Program-made: the position numbers and the translations under genes
The notes under the pieces: generated by a model
Told to the model about the DNA's origin: nothing
Databases searched by the model: none
Seen by the model: only the letters and a program-made list of their open reading frames with translations
NCBI GenBank assembly: GCA_041176905.1
Contig: JBEDCE010000001.1
Location: 1-51,082 of the forward strand
DNA length: 51,082 bases
Direction of reading: 5' to 3'
Source of the DNA: Pseudomonadota bacterium
GTDB taxonomy: Bacteria; Pseudomonadota; Gammaproteobacteria; Burkholderiales; Burkholderiaceae_C
Part shown: positions 20,924 through 31,458 of the stretch, in pieces
Layout: every line of letters starts with the position of its first letter
Numbering within the stretch: the first letter of the stretch is position 1

Positions 20924-21838
20924 TCAGTGCCGCGTGGTGTCCAAGGGAAAGTCGGGGACCATGTCACCGTTGTCGGCGGCATCGGCGTCTTCATCATCGT
21001 CGTGCGCCCAGAATAAACGGTCGGGCACGGCGTGGCCCATGCCGGGTTGAAAGCCCGCGTCCAAACACTGGTCGAGGTAGGTCATGGCCTCGGCGCAGGC
21101 GTTTTGCAAATCGGTGCCCCCGGCGATCAGCGCGGTGAGCGCCGCGCTCAGGGTGTCGCCCGCGCCGTTGAAGGTGGCGTCAAAGCGCTCATAGCGGGCG
21201 GTGGCCATCACGGTCTCGGGCGAAGCAAGGTGGGTTTCCAAGTACTGGTCGGCGGCCACAAAACCGGTCACCAAGGTGTAGGGCACACCGTGCACAGCCG
21301 CGGCACGTGCCACTTCGCGGGGGCCGGGGGCTTTGTCGCTGTCCCAGTCGGGCATGAGCCAGCGGCACAGGGTGCTGTGGTTGCCCACCAGCACGGTGGT
21401 TTGGGGCAGCAGCAGCTCGGTGCAGGCGTCCAGGTAGGTGTCGATCTCGACCTCGTCCCACCACGAGAGGTCGGGCATGTACAAGACGACCGGGATTTCG
21501 GCGTAGTCGGTGGTGATGGCGGCAATGGTGCTGAGGTTTTCTGGGTTGCCCACAAAACCCACTTTGAAGGCTTGCACCGGCATGTCTTCCAAGGCGCAGC
21601 GGGCTTGCTCGTTGACGGCGTCCTCGTCCATGGCGAAGTGTTCGCGGATGGCGCTGGTGTCGCGCACGTAGGTGCCGGTGACCACGGGCAAGACGTGGGC
21701 CGAAGCGCTGGCCATGGCGGTGGCGTCGGCGGCCAAACCGCCCGCACCGCTGGGGTCGTTGGCGTTGAAGACCATCACACAAGGCAAGGTGGCTTCACCG
21801 AGCTCGTCGGGTGTATCGATGGAGGGGATTTCAGACAT
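20924..21838 (-). CDS. thiD: ThiD-like HMP/HMP-P kinase (ribokinase fold)
   Basis: [24 protein letters not shown]; rubredoxin-thiD-hemL synteny. Confidence 0.7.
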   Translation of the reverse strand: MSEIPSIDTPDELGEATLPCVMVFNANDPSGAGGLAADATAMASASAHVLPVVTGTYVRDTSAIREHFAMDEDAVNEQARCALEDMPVQAFKVGFVGNPENLSTIAAITTDYAEIPVVLYMPDLSWWDEVEIDTYLDACTELLLPQTTVLVGNHSTLCRWLMPDWDSDKAPGPREVARAAAVHGVPYTLVTGFVAADQYLETHLASPETVMATARYERFDATFNGAGDTLSAALTALIAGGTDLQNACAEAMTYLDQCLDAGFQPGMGHAVPDRLFWAHDDDEDADAADNGDMVPDFPLDTTRH

Positions 21839-21891
21839 GGCAAGGGGCTCGATACAATCGCCCCATTCTAGATGACACGGAACTGTTGACC

Positions 21892-22065
21892 ATGAGCGAT
21901 TCAAAGACCTGGATGTGCCTGATTTGTGGCTGGATTTACGACGAAGCCGCGGGCGCGCCCGATGAAGGCATTGCCCCCGGCACCAAGTGGGAAGACGTGC
22001 CCATGAACTGGACCTGCCCCGAGTGCGGTGCGCGCAAAGACGACTTTGAAATGGTCGCGCTCTGA
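21892..22065 (+). CDS. Rubredoxin
   Basis: CLICGWIYD...WTCPECG. Confidence 0.96.
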   Translation: MSDSKTWMCLICGWIYDEAAGAPDEGIAPGTKWEDVPMNWTCPECGARKDDFEMVAL

Positions 22066-22068
22066 CAT

Positions 22069-23547
22069 TCAAGCCGCGGCGGCTTTGACCACCGCGTAGC
22101 GTGCCAAGGTGGCCGCCCGCGCAGCGGCGTGGTCCACCACCGGCATCGGGTAGTTCTCCCCCAAACGCACATCGGCCGCGGCCAACTCCAGTGGACTAGC
22201 CAGCCACGGCGCGTGGATGGCCTTGTCGCTCAAGCCCGCGAGCTGCGGCACGTAGCGGCGAATGAACTTGCCTTGTGGGTCGAACTTCTCACTCTGAGAG
22301 GTGGGGTTGAAGATCCGAAAGTACGGTTGTGCATCACAACCGCTGGAGCTCGCCCATTGCCAGCCGCCGTTGTTGGCAGCCAAGTCGAAGTCCATCAGCT
22401 TTTCGGCAAAGTAACGCTCGCCCCACGACCAATGCAAGCCCAGGTCCTTGACCAAGAAACTCGCCACCACCATGCGCAAGCGGTTGTGCATGTAGCCGCT
22501 TTGGTTGATTTGGGCCATGGCCGCGTCCACCAGCGGGTAGCCGGTGCGCCCTTCGCACCAAGCGGCGAACAGGGCTTTGGCGGCTTTGCCGTGCTCAAAA
22601 GCGATGCGGTCGTAGGCGGGTTTGAAGGCGCGCTCCACCACGTGAGGGTGGTTGGCCATGATCTGGTGGTAGAAATCGCGCCAAATCAACTCTGAGAGCC
22701 AGGTGCTCGCGCCCGCGTTGCCCGCCAGGTGCAGCGGGTAGGCCAACCGCAGGGCTTGGCGCACCGACAGCGTGCCAAAGCGCAGGTGAACTCCCAAATA
22801 GCTCGGGCCTTTGACGGCGGGAAAGTTGCGCGCCTCGTCGTAGTGCTCGATGCGGTGGACAAAATCTGCCAGCAGGGTTTGTGCGCCGCTGGCGCCTGCG
22901 GGCAGGTGCAGCTCGCTGCCGGGGCCTTCTTCAAAGCCGATCTCGGCCAAGCTGGGCACGCCCCGGTCGAGGTCTGGGGGCACGCTGGCCAAGTGAGCAC
23001 CGAAAGCGCTGGCGTCGTGGTCGACCATCTGGGCCGGGCCCACTTGTTTGAGCCAAGCATTCTTGAATGGCGTGAAAACACCAAAGGGTTGGCCGGTTTG
23101 GGTCAAGACCTCACGCCGCTCAAACACCACATGGTCTTTGTGTGTGTGCAGCATGGTGCCGTGGTGCGCCAAATGGCCCAAGACCTGCGCGTCGCGCTGG
23201 CGGGCGGCGGGTTCGTCGTCGTGGTTGGCGAACACGGCTTGCACGCCCAAGCGCTCAGCCAAGCCGCCGATGCTGGCCACGGCTGGGCCGTTGAGCACGA
23301 TCAGGCCAGTCTGGGCATGGCCGTGTTCGGCGCCCAAGGCGCGCAGCCGCGCATCGAGCTCCACCAAGCTCTCGCGCAAGAAGCGCACACGCCGGTCCAC
23401 CCGGGGCAAGGCGTCCAGGATGTCGGTGTCAAAGACAAAGACGCACCACACCTGGCGACAGGCCTTGAGGGCGTGGTGCAGGGCGGTGTTGTCTTCCCAG
23501 CGCAGATCGCGTCTGAACCACATCAGGCCTTTGTCGTAGGTGTTCAT
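22069..23547 (-). CDS. phrB: Class I CPD photolyase/cryptochrome family
   Basis: WFRRDLR, ELIWRDFY, GRTGYPLVDA, MHNRLRM, NNGGWQW, RIFNP. Confidence 0.92.
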   Translation of the reverse strand: MNTYDKGLMWFRRDLRWEDNTALHHALKACRQVWCVFVFDTDILDALPRVDRRVRFLRESLVELDARLRALGAEHGHAQTGLIVLNGPAVASIGGLAERLGVQAVFANHDDEPAARQRDAQVLGHLAHHGTMLHTHKDHVVFERREVLTQTGQPFGVFTPFKNAWLKQVGPAQMVDHDASAFGAHLASVPPDLDRGVPSLAEIGFEEGPGSELHLPAGASGAQTLLADFVHRIEHYDEARNFPAVKGPSYLGVHLRFGTLSVRQALRLAYPLHLAGNAGASTWLSELIWRDFYHQIMANHPHVVERAFKPAYDRIAFEHGKAAKALFAAWCEGRTGYPLVDAAMAQINQSGYMHNRLRMVVASFLVKDLGLHWSWGERYFAEKLMDFDLAANNGGWQWASSSGCDAQPYFRIFNPTSQSEKFDPQGKFIRRYVPQLAGLSDKAIHAPWLASPLELAAADVRLGENYPMPVVDHAAARAATLARYAVVKAAAA

Positions 23548-23568
23548 GGGGCGGCTTAAAATCTGTGA

Positions 23569-24159
23569 ATGTCCGCTGATTTTGCCCCCATCAACCTGAC
23601 CAACCATTTCTTGATTGCGATGCCCGGTCTCAGCGACGCGTTATTTGGCCGCAGCGTGGTTTTTATGTGCGAGCACAGCGAGCGTGGGGCCTTGGGTTTG
23701 GTCATCAACAAGCCCAGCGACATTCGCCTGCCAAGGTTGTTCGAAAAAATCGACCTTCCCATGGGGCGTGTCGATTTGCAAGACACCCCGGTCTTTCAAG
23801 GCGGCCCGGTGCAAGCCGAGCGCGGCTTTGTGTTGCACGAGGCCATCGACAGCGCTGAGGGCGAATCGATTTACGCCTCCACCTTGGCCATTCCCGGTGG
23901 TTTGGAGATGACCACCTCCAAAGACGTGCTCGAAGCCATGTCCTCGGGCGCGGGCCCACGCCGGGTGTTGGTGACTTTGGGCTACGCCTCGTGGGCGCAG
24001 GGTCAGCTGGAGTCGGAAATCACCGAAAACAGCTGGCTCACCGTGGCCGCCGACCCGGCCGTGATTTTTGACGCCCCAGTCAACGAGCGCTACGAACGCG
24101 CCATGGCCTTGCTCGGCTTGCAGCCTTGGATGCTATCCCCGGACGCCGGTCATGCCTGA
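23569..24159 (+). CDS. yqgE: YqgE/AlgH family protein
   Basis: HFLIAMP, GALGLVINKP, GGPV, LGYASW..GQLE.EI..NSW. Confidence 0.93.
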   Translation: MSADFAPINLTNHFLIAMPGLSDALFGRSVVFMCEHSERGALGLVINKPSDIRLPRLFEKIDLPMGRVDLQDTPVFQGGPVQAERGFVLHEAIDSAEGESIYASTLAIPGGLEMTTSKDVLEAMSSGAGPRRVLVTLGYASWAQGQLESEITENSWLTVAADPAVIFDAPVNERYERAMALLGLQPWMLSPDAGHA

Positions 24160-24565
24160 GAGCGCACCGGTGCTGCCCCCCCATTGCCAGCAGCTGCTGG
24201 CCTTTGACTTTGGCACCCAACGCACCGGCGTGGCCAGTGGCAACCTGATCACCCGCAGCGCCACGCCCCAACTCACCATCGCCGCTGCGGGCGACGCCCG
24301 TTTTGTGCAAATCGCCCAACGCATCCGCGAGTGGACGCCGCAGGCCTTGGTCGTGGGCGTGCCTTTCCACCCCGATGGCGCCCCGCACGAGAACACCTTG
24401 CTGGCCCAAAAATTCGCACGCCAATTGCGCGGGCGTTTTGGCTTGCCGGTGTTCGAGGTCGATGAGCGCTACAGCACCACCGAGGCCTTGGCCAGCGGCG
24501 CCAAAGACGCCGACGCTGCCTCGGCGTGCATCATCTTGGAACAGTTCATGAGGAGCCTGCCGTGA
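24152..24565 (+). CDS. ruvX: YqgF/RuvX pre-16S rRNA nuclease
   Basis: LAFDFG..RTGVA, VVGVP, VDERYST, DA.SA..ILE. Confidence 0.92.
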   Translation: MPESAPVLPPHCQQLLAFDFGTQRTGVASGNLITRSATPQLTIAAAGDARFVQIAQRIREWTPQALVVGVPFHPDGAPHENTLLAQKFARQLRGRFGLPVFEVDERYSTTEALASGAKDADAASACIILEQFMRSLP

Positions 24566-25089
24566 GTCAGCCACCGTTGTCCCCCGCCCCAGCCTTGCAG
24601 GCCGAGGCTTTGTATTTGACGCTGCTGGAGGGCGTGCGCGCCATGGTGGCCAACAGCCCCGGCCCTGTCGTGCTGGCCGGCATCCCCTCGGGTGGTGCTT
24701 GGTTGGCCGAGCGTTTGCAGCGCGACCTGGGCCTCGCTGGTGCCTCGGGCGTGGTGTCCTCGAGCATGCACCGCGACGACTTTTCCCAGCGCGGCTTGTC
24801 CATCAGTGCCCACACCACCTTGCCCTTTGACGTCAACGGCGCCCACGTGCTGCTCATCGATGATGTGCTCTACACCGGGCGCACCTTGCGTGCGGTGCTC
24901 AACGAGTTGTTTGACCATGGCCGCCCGGCCAGCGTGCGCTTGGCGGTCTTGGTGGACCGCGGTGGGCGCGAGCTGCCGATCGAGGCGCAGTTCGTGGCCG
25001 CCCGCGTGCAGATGGGCGCCGATGAATCCCTGTCTTTGGCCCGCGACGCCGCGAGCCAATTGAGCTTTGTTGTGGAGCGAGCCCGCTGA
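24562..25089 (+). CDS. pyrR: PyrR/UPRTase
   Basis: [27 protein letters not shown]. Confidence 0.92.
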   Translation: MSQPPLSPAPALQAEALYLTLLEGVRAMVANSPGPVVLAGIPSGGAWLAERLQRDLGLAGASGVVSSSMHRDDFSQRGLSISAHTTLPFDVNGAHVLLIDDVLYTGRTLRAVLNELFDHGRPASVRLAVLVDRGGRELPIEAQFVAARVQMGADESLSLARDAASQLSFVVERAR

Positions 25090-26048
25090 TGTACAAACGA
25101 AACCCCCAACTCAACAAAAACGGCGAGCTCATCCACCTGCTGAGCACCGAGGGCCTGTCCAAGGACATGCTGACACACATCTTGGACACCGCTTCGAGCT
25201 TTGTCAGTGTGAGCGACCGCGAGGTCAAGAAGGTGCCTCTCTTGCGCGGCAAGAGCGTCTTCAACCTGTTTTTTGAAAACAGCACCCGCACCCGCACCAC
25301 CTTTGACATCGCGGCCACGCGCTTGTCGGCCGACGTCTACACGCTCGACATCGCGCGCTCCTCGGCCAGCAAGGGCGAGTCGCTCTTGGACACGATCGCC
25401 AACCTGTCGGCGATGGCGGCCGATATTTTTGTGGTGCGCCACAGCGAGTCGGGTGCGCCGTATTTGATCGCGCAACACGTGGCACCCCATGTGCACGTGG
25501 TCAACGCTGGTGACGGTCGCCACGCGCACCCCACACAAGCGCTGTTGGACATGTACACCATCCGCCACTTCAAAAAGGACTTCACCCAGTTGTCCGTGGC
25601 CATCGTGGGCGATGTGTTGCACTCGCGTGTGGCGCGCTCCAACATCCACGCCTTGACCACCTTGGGCTGTCCCGATGTGCGTGTGGTCGGCCCGCGCACC
25701 TTGGTGCCCAGCGACATGGCCCAAATGGGTGTGCGTGTGTGCCACTCGCTCGAAGAAGGCATCAAAGGCTGTGACGTGGTGATCACCCTGCGTTTGCAAA
25801 ACGAGCGCATGAACGGGGCCTTGTTGCCCTCGAGTCAAGAGTTCTTCAAGAGCTTTGGTTTGACCACCGAACGGCTGCGCTGGGCCAAGCCCGACGCCAT
25901 CGTCATGCACCCCGGCCCGATCAACCGCGGTGTGGAAATCGAGTCGGCGGTGGCCGATGGGCCACAAAGTGTGATCTTGCCGCAGGTGACGTTTGGCATT
26001 GCGGTGCGCATGGCGGTCTTGGGCATTGTGGCGGGGAACGAAGCATGA
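25089..26048 (+). CDS. pyrB: Aspartate carbamoyltransferase catalytic subunit
   Basis: [31 protein letters not shown]. Confidence 0.97.
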   Translation: MYKRNPQLNKNGELIHLLSTEGLSKDMLTHILDTASSFVSVSDREVKKVPLLRGKSVFNLFFENSTRTRTTFDIAATRLSADVYTLDIARSSASKGESLLDTIANLSAMAADIFVVRHSESGAPYLIAQHVAPHVHVVNAGDGRHAHPTQALLDMYTIRHFKKDFTQLSVAIVGDVLHSRVARSNIHALTTLGCPDVRVVGPRTLVPSDMAQMGVRVCHSLEEGIKGCDVVITLRLQNERMNGALLPSSQEFFKSFGLTTERLRWAKPDAIVMHPGPINRGVEIESAVADGPQSVILPQVTFGIAVRMAVLGIVAGNEA

Positions 26049-27361
26049 AAATCTTGATTCAAAACGGTCGGGTCGTGGACCCCGCGAGCGGGCGCGACGA
26101 ACGCGCCGATGTGGCCATCGCGGCCGGTCGCATCATCGCCATTGGTGCGGTCGCCAGCGACTTCGCCCCCAACCGCACCATCGACGCCAGCGGCTGCATC
26201 GTCGCCCCGGGTTTGGTGGATTTGTCGGTTCGCTTGCGCGAGCCGGGCCAAGAGCACGCCCGCATGCTCGAGAGTGAAATGGCCGCGGCCGTGGCCGGTG
26301 GTGTGACCAGTTTGGTCTGCCCACCCAACACCGAACCGGTCCTCGACGAACCTGGTTTGGTCGACATGCTCAAGTTTCGCGCCGAGAAACTTCACTTGGC
26401 GCGTGTGTTCCCGCTGGGTGCACTCACCCGTGGATTGAAGGGCGAGGTGCTCACCGACATGGCCGAACTCACCGAGTCGGGCTGCATCGGTTTTGGTCAA
26501 GCCGAAACCCCGATCGTCAACACCCAAGTGCTGCAACGCGCGTTGCAGTACGCCGCCACTTTTGGGTACACGGTGTGGCTGCACCCCTTGGATGCTTGGC
26601 TGGGCAAGGGCGTGGCCGCCAGCGGCCCCTTGGCCACGCGCATGGGTTTGTCGGGCGTGCCCGCGGCCGCCGAGACGATCGCGCTGCACACCTTGTTTGA
26701 GCTCATGCGCTCGGTGGTGGGCAAGGGCACGGCCGCCCGTGTGCACATCTGCCGCATCAGCAGCGCCGCCGGTTTGGCCTTGGTGCGCCAAGCCAAAGCC
26801 GAGGGCTTGCCCGTGAGCTGTGACGTGAGCGTGCACAACCTGCACCTGACCGATGTCGACATGGGGTTTTACGACAGCCGTTTTCGCCTGCAGCCGCCGC
26901 TGCGCCAGCAACGCGACCGCGATGCGCTGCGCCAAGGTTTGGCCGACGGCACCATCGATGCGCTGGTCTCCGATCACAACCCGGTGGACAGCGACGCCAA
27001 AACGTTGCCGTTTGCCGAAGCCGAACCCGGCGCCACCGCGGTGGAGTTGCTGCTGGGCTTGGCCTGCCGCTGGGCCGAACAAGACGGCTTGCCGATGAGC
27101 CAAGCCTTGCGCGTGGTCACCGCTGGGGCGCAGTCGGTGTTGGGCCAGCCGCTGGGCACCTTGCAAGACAGCGTGGGTCGTTTGAGCGTGGGCGGCCAAG
27201 CCGACATCTGCGTCTTCCACCCCGATGCCCCGTGGACCGTGCAACCCAGCGACTTGCGCAGCCAAGGCAAACACACGCCGTTTGAAGGGCACACCCTGAG
27301 CGCCGCCGTGCGCGCGACCTTGGTCGGCGGTCACGTGGCGTTTGAAGCTTCCGCGGCATGA
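26045..27361 (+). CDS. pyrC': Dihydroorotase-like subunit (PyrC'), probably inactive
   Basis: Amidohydrolase fold, but [10 protein letters not shown] replaces the metal-binding DxHxH; follows pyrB. Confidence 0.85.
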   Translation: MKILIQNGRVVDPASGRDERADVAIAAGRIIAIGAVASDFAPNRTIDASGCIVAPGLVDLSVRLREPGQEHARMLESEMAAAVAGGVTSLVCPPNTEPVLDEPGLVDMLKFRAEKLHLARVFPLGALTRGLKGEVLTDMAELTESGCIGFGQAETPIVNTQVLQRALQYAATFGYTVWLHPLDAWLGKGVAASGPLATRMGLSGVPAAAETIALHTLFELMRSVVGKGTAARVHICRISSAAGLALVRQAKAEGLPVSCDVSVHNLHLTDVDMGFYDSRFRLQPPLRQQRDRDALRQGLADGTIDALVSDHNPVDSDAKTLPFAEAEPGATAVELLLGLACRWAEQDGLPMSQALRVVTAGAQSVLGQPLGTLQDSVGRLSVGGQADICVFHPDAPWTVQPSDLRSQGKHTPFEGHTLSAAVRATLVGGHVAFEASAA

Positions 27362-28101
27362 GCCCTGTCCGCCCTCGAACGGTTGCGGTCTGGCGCATGT
27401 TGCGCGCCACCGCGCACGTGTTGCATGGCCTGTGGATCATCCGCACGCGCTTTGAGCGCCAGAGCCCCGAGCAAACCGAAGCCACGGTGGCGCAGTGGTC
27501 GCGCGACATGCTGCACATCATGGGTGTGCAGATCGAGGTGCGGGGCCAAGCCCCCGCCGCTGGACCGTGTTTGGTGGTGGCCAACCACATCTCTTGGTTG
27601 GACATTTTGGTGATCAACGCCGCCCAGCCGGTGCGCTTTGTCTCCAAGGCCGATGTGTTGCGTTGGCCTTTGTTGGGCCGTTTGGTGGCCGGTGCCGGGA
27701 CTTTGTTCATCGAGCGAGAATCGCGGCGCGATGCGCTGCGCATGGTCCAGCACATGGCCGAGCGTTTGCAAGCCGGTGACCGTGTGGCCGTTTTCCCAGA
27801 AGGCACCACCGGCGACGGCCGCGGCCTCTTGCCGTTTCACCCCAATTTGCTGCAAGCGGCCATCGCCGCCGATGCGCCGGTCATGCCGTTGGCCTTGCGC
27901 TACGTCAAAGCCGGCAGCCAAGAGCGCCACGACGCGCCGGTCTTTATCGGCGAGACCACCTTGGTGGCGTCGATCTGGACCACGCTGCGCGCGCGCGAGC
28001 TCACCGCCGTGGTGCACTACACCGAGCTGCAAACCGCCAATGGCCGCGACCGCCGCGATTGGGCTCAGGACCTGCACAGCCGACTCGCTCGCGTTCTGTG
28101 A
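27358..28101 (+). CDS. Lysophospholipid acyltransferase (PlsC/OlsA family)
   Basis: NHISWLD, FVSK, FIER, FPEGTT. Confidence 0.9.
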   Translation: MSPVRPRTVAVWRMLRATAHVLHGLWIIRTRFERQSPEQTEATVAQWSRDMLHIMGVQIEVRGQAPAAGPCLVVANHISWLDILVINAAQPVRFVSKADVLRWPLLGRLVAGAGTLFIERESRRDALRMVQHMAERLQAGDRVAVFPEGTTGDGRGLLPFHPNLLQAAIAADAPVMPLALRYVKAGSQERHDAPVFIGETTLVASIWTTLRARELTAVVHYTELQTANGRDRRDWAQDLHSRLARVL

Positions 28102-28138
28102 GCTCGAAGCCCCCACTGGGGTGTGCTAACTTACAGTC

Positions 28139-29611
28139 ATGATTCCTGCACAAGAATTCCTGACGCTGCCCCTGTTGGCCGCCGCATTGCTGGTGCTCAT
28201 CAGCGTGGTGGCCGGTGTCTTGTCGGCGCGCGCAGGGTTCTCTTTTTTGTTGGTGTTTTTGCTGGCCGGCTCTTTGGCGGGTGAAGATGGTCCGGGCGGC
28301 TTTGTCTTTAATGATTTCAAGCTGAGCTTTTGGGTCGGCAACTTGGCCTTGGCGGTGATTTTGCTGGACGGGGGCTTGCGCACCGAGTTCAAAACTTTTC
28401 GCACCGGCTTGAAGCCTGCGATCACCTTGGCCACATGGGGCGTGTTGGTCACTGCGGGGTTGACGGGCGTGGCGGCGCATTTCCTTTTGGGCTTGGACTG
28501 GTACTTGGCCATGTTGTTGGGTGCCATCGTGGGCTCAACCGATGCTGCTGCCGTGTTCTCTTTGTTGCAATCATCGGGTGTTCGGCTCAACGAGCGGGTG
28601 GCTGCGACGCTGGAAATTGAGTCGGGTTTGAACGACCCCATGGCCGTGTTCTTGACCATTGCGTTCATCACACTGGCTTTGGCCCAAGTCTCTGGCGAGG
28701 TCGTGGGGGCGGGCGATTTGTTCATTGCGTTTGTGTTGCAAATGGGTTGGGGCGCTGCTTTGGGGTTGCTCAGTGGATGGGGTCTGGCCAATCTGCTGCG
28801 TTTCTTGGCGCGCTGGCGAGACACCGGCGGCGGTGTTCGCGCGCTCTTGGTGGTGTCGGCGGGTTTGGCCGTGTTTGCCGCCACCTCGGCCTTGCACGGA
28901 TCGGGTTTTTTGGCGGTTTACCTGATGGGCGTGATCACCGCCAACCGCGCGCGTTTGTTGGTCTCGCGCTCCTTGTCGGCCATGGATGGTTACGCTTGGT
29001 TGTCACAAGCGGGCATGTTCTTGTTGCTCGGCCTGTTGGTCACGCCCTCTGACGTGCTCGCCACCTTGTGGCCTGCCTTGGGGGTGGCGGTGGTGTTGAT
29101 GATGGTGGCCCGACCCGTGGCGGTGTGGTTGTGTCTCAAACCGTTCAAATTTGAGTCGCACGAAATCAAGTTCATTTCCTGGGTGGGTTTGCGCGGCGCG
29201 GTGCCGATTGTGTTGGCGGTGTTTCCGGTGATGGCCGGCGTGCCGGGCGCACAAACCTTTTTTAACGTGGCCTTTGTGGTGGTCTTGGCGTCTTTGATTT
29301 TGCAAGGCGCGACCATTCCGTGGGCCTCCAAACGTTGGCACGTGGCCTTGCCCGACCTGGACGATACGCAAGAGGCGCGACAAGTGTTTGGCGACTTTGT
29401 GATGAGCGCCGATGCGTCCATGGGTGACTTTTGTCTCTTCTACGGTTTGCCCACGCCCGATGAACCCGAGCAAGCTGTGGGCGATTGGCTGTTTGCTGCC
29501 TTGGGCAAACCACCAGTGGAAGGCGACATGGCCTTGTGTGGTGCGGTGGAGGTTCACGTGCGAACCATGAAAGACGGACGCATCGAACAAGTGGGCATCA
29601 AACTGGCATGA
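28139..29611 (+). CDS. cvrA: K+/H+ antiporter, NhaP2/CvrA family
   Basis: GEDGPGG, ILLDGGLRT, STDAAAVF, LEIESG.NDP, GLRGAVPI; CorC/HlyC-like tail. Confidence 0.88.
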   Translation: MIPAQEFLTLPLLAAALLVLISVVAGVLSARAGFSFLLVFLLAGSLAGEDGPGGFVFNDFKLSFWVGNLALAVILLDGGLRTEFKTFRTGLKPAITLATWGVLVTAGLTGVAAHFLLGLDWYLAMLLGAIVGSTDAAAVFSLLQSSGVRLNERVAATLEIESGLNDPMAVFLTIAFITLALAQVSGEVVGAGDLFIAFVLQMGWGAALGLLSGWGLANLLRFLARWRDTGGGVRALLVVSAGLAVFAATSALHGSGFLAVYLMGVITANRARLLVSRSLSAMDGYAWLSQAGMFLLLGLLVTPSDVLATLWPALGVAVVLMMVARPVAVWLCLKPFKFESHEIKFISWVGLRGAVPIVLAVFPVMAGVPGAQTFFNVAFVVVLASLILQGATIPWASKRWHVALPDLDDTQEARQVFGDFVMSADASMGDFCLFYGLPTPDEPEQAVGDWLFAALGKPPVEGDMALCGAVEVHVRTMKDGRIEQVGIKLA

Positions 29612-30435
29612 CCCCGACGGCTGCTTTACCCACCTTGTTCGTTTCTCATGGATCGCCCATGTTTGCCGTCGAGCCCGGCACCACGGGTCCGGCTCTGCAC
29701 GCTTATGCAAAAAACCAGCTCAGCGGCGAGGGTTTGCGCGGCGTGTTGGTGATGTCGCCGCACTGGATGGCGCCTGAGCTCGCGATCATGGGACACCCCG
29801 CGCCCGACACTTGGCACGACTTTGGCGGTTTCCCCGAGGTCCTGTACACACTGGATTACCCCGCGCCCGGCGCACCCGCGTTGGCCCAACGCGTACAGGC
29901 CTTGTTGGCGGATGCGGGCCACACGGCACCGATCGACCCGCAGCGCCCGCGCGACCACGGGGCTTGGGTGCCGATGATGCACCTCCTGCCCGAGGCACGT
30001 GTGCCGGTCATCCAGATCGCTTTGCCCAGCCACGCCTCACCCACGGCGCTGTACGCCATGGGGCAAGCCTTGCGCTCGCTCAAACACGAGGGCGTGTTGG
30101 TGGTGGGCTCTGGCAGCCTGACGCACAACCTGCGCGAGTTTTTCACCGAACCAGCCGAGCAGAATAGCCCGCCCGAGCCCTACGTGAGGGCCTTTGCGCG
30201 CTGGGTCGAGCGGGCCTTGGAAACGCAAGACCGAGACAGCCTGTTCGATTACCGCCAGCGCGCTCCGCAAGCCGCGCGGGCCCACCCCACCGACGAACAT
30301 TGGCGCACCCTGTACTTCGCCCTCGGGGCGGCCGAATGGGGCACTGGGGTTACCCCGAGCGTGCACTACCTCAGCCGCGAGGTCATGCACCGCTGGCTGG
30401 CCATGGACGCGGTGGCCTTTCATGTCCCGGTCTGA
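29608..30435 (+). CDS. DODA/LigB-type extradiol dioxygenase (YgiD-like)
   Basis: SHGSP, SPHW, HDFGGFP, DHGAW.P, GSGSLTHNL, AHPTDEH. Confidence 0.9.
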   Translation: MTPTAALPTLFVSHGSPMFAVEPGTTGPALHAYAKNQLSGEGLRGVLVMSPHWMAPELAIMGHPAPDTWHDFGGFPEVLYTLDYPAPGAPALAQRVQALLADAGHTAPIDPQRPRDHGAWVPMMHLLPEARVPVIQIALPSHASPTALYAMGQALRSLKHEGVLVVGSGSLTHNLREFFTEPAEQNSPPEPYVRAFARWVERALETQDRDSLFDYRQRAPQAARAHPTDEHWRTLYFALGAAEWGTGVTPSVHYLSREVMHRWLAMDAVAFHVPV

Positions 30436-30454
30436 GCGCTGTTAAACTGTTGCC

Positions 30455-30841
30455 ATGTCTTTAGTCCGGATTCATCGCCGTTTCACCACTTGGCTGGCCA
30501 TGCTCGCCTTGGTGATGAGCGCCTTGGCACCCACGGTGTCGCAGGCGGTGGTGATGTCGTCGGAGCGCGGCGATTGGCTCGAGGTCTGTACCACCACGGG
30601 TGTGATGTGGGTCAAGGCCGATTCGGCCACCACGGACGACGGCACCATGCCCATGGTCGGACACGAGCAGGGTTGCGACATCTGCACCCACACCGTCACC
30701 GGTGCGCCGCCGGTGCTCACCGGCATCACGGCGCCCGTCATGGGTCAGCCTTCTCTGCGGTTTGACTCGCTGGCTTCATCGGTACACACCGCTGTGCCTT
30801 GGGCTGCGGCCCAATCCCGAGCCCCCCCTCGCTTCGCCTGA
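30455..30841 (+). CDS. DUF2946 protein (CruR/CutF-like copper-responsive uORF) #1
   Basis: Hydrophobic N-terminus ending LAP, EVCT..G, CDIC, C-terminal SRAPP. Confidence 0.85.
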   Translation: MSLVRIHRRFTTWLAMLALVMSALAPTVSQAVVMSSERGDWLEVCTTTGVMWVKADSATTDDGTMPMVGHEQGCDICTHTVTGAPPVLTGITAPVMGQPSLRFDSLASSVHTAVPWAAAQSRAPPRFA

Positions 30842-30962
30842 TTCCAGGCCCATTGGCGCTGACCCCTTGCGGTGGCGTTGATCGGGTCAACCCTGTCGTG
30901 CCCTTGGCCGCGCAGGCGTTCATTTCACCCCCGTTGTTTTTCGTTTCACTCAGGAGCATTCC

Positions 30963-31442
30963 ATGAAAAAACTCATCATCACCGGCCTCTTGGCCATCAC
31001 CAGCACCGCTTGGGCGCAGAACACCGTCAAGGTGGAAGACGCTTGGGTGCGTGGCACCGTGGCTTCGCAAAAAGCCACCGGCGCTTTCATGCGCTTGACC
31101 TCTTCGGCCAACGCCCGTTTGGTCGCGGCCCAGTCGCCCGCCGCCGGTGTGGTGGAAATCCATGAAATGGCCATGGAAAAAGACGTCATGAAAATGCGCG
31201 CGGTGCCTGGCTTGGAACTCTCGGCCGGCAAAGCGGTTGAGCTCAAGCCCGGCGGCTACCACGTCATGTTGATGGACCTCAAGCAACCCTTGAAGGCGGG
31301 TGAGCGTGTGGCCATCACCTTGGTGTTTGAAGACGCTGCCAAGAAGCGTTTCACCCAAGAGATTCAAGCCCCTGTGAATGCGCTGGGCGCAGCTCCTGGC
31401 CAAATGAAGCACGACGCTGGCCAAGGCATGCACAAACACTGA
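30963..31442 (+). CDS. Periplasmic copper chaperone PCu(A)C #1
   Basis: Signal peptide, AWVR, H-x10-M-x21-H-x-M (EIHEM...KM...GGYHVM), His/Met tail. Confidence 0.93.
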   Translation: MKKLIITGLLAITSTAWAQNTVKVEDAWVRGTVASQKATGAFMRLTSSANARLVAAQSPAAGVVEIHEMAMEKDVMKMRAVPGLELSAGKAVELKPGGYHVMLMDLKQPLKAGERVAITLVFEDAAKKRFTQEIQAPVNALGAAPGQMKHDAGQGMHKH

Positions 31443-31458
31443 CCCACGGGACCTTGCC

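Noticed and set aside
24500-25090. PyrR attenuator leader
   Set aside because: The genes overlap or abut, leaving no leader, and no PyrR-binding loop was seen.
30878-30890. TTGAT-CGG-GTCAA as an FNR box in the copper cluster
   Set aside because: The spacer is 3 nt instead of 4, and it is equally explained as an RNA hairpin; kept only as a test probe.
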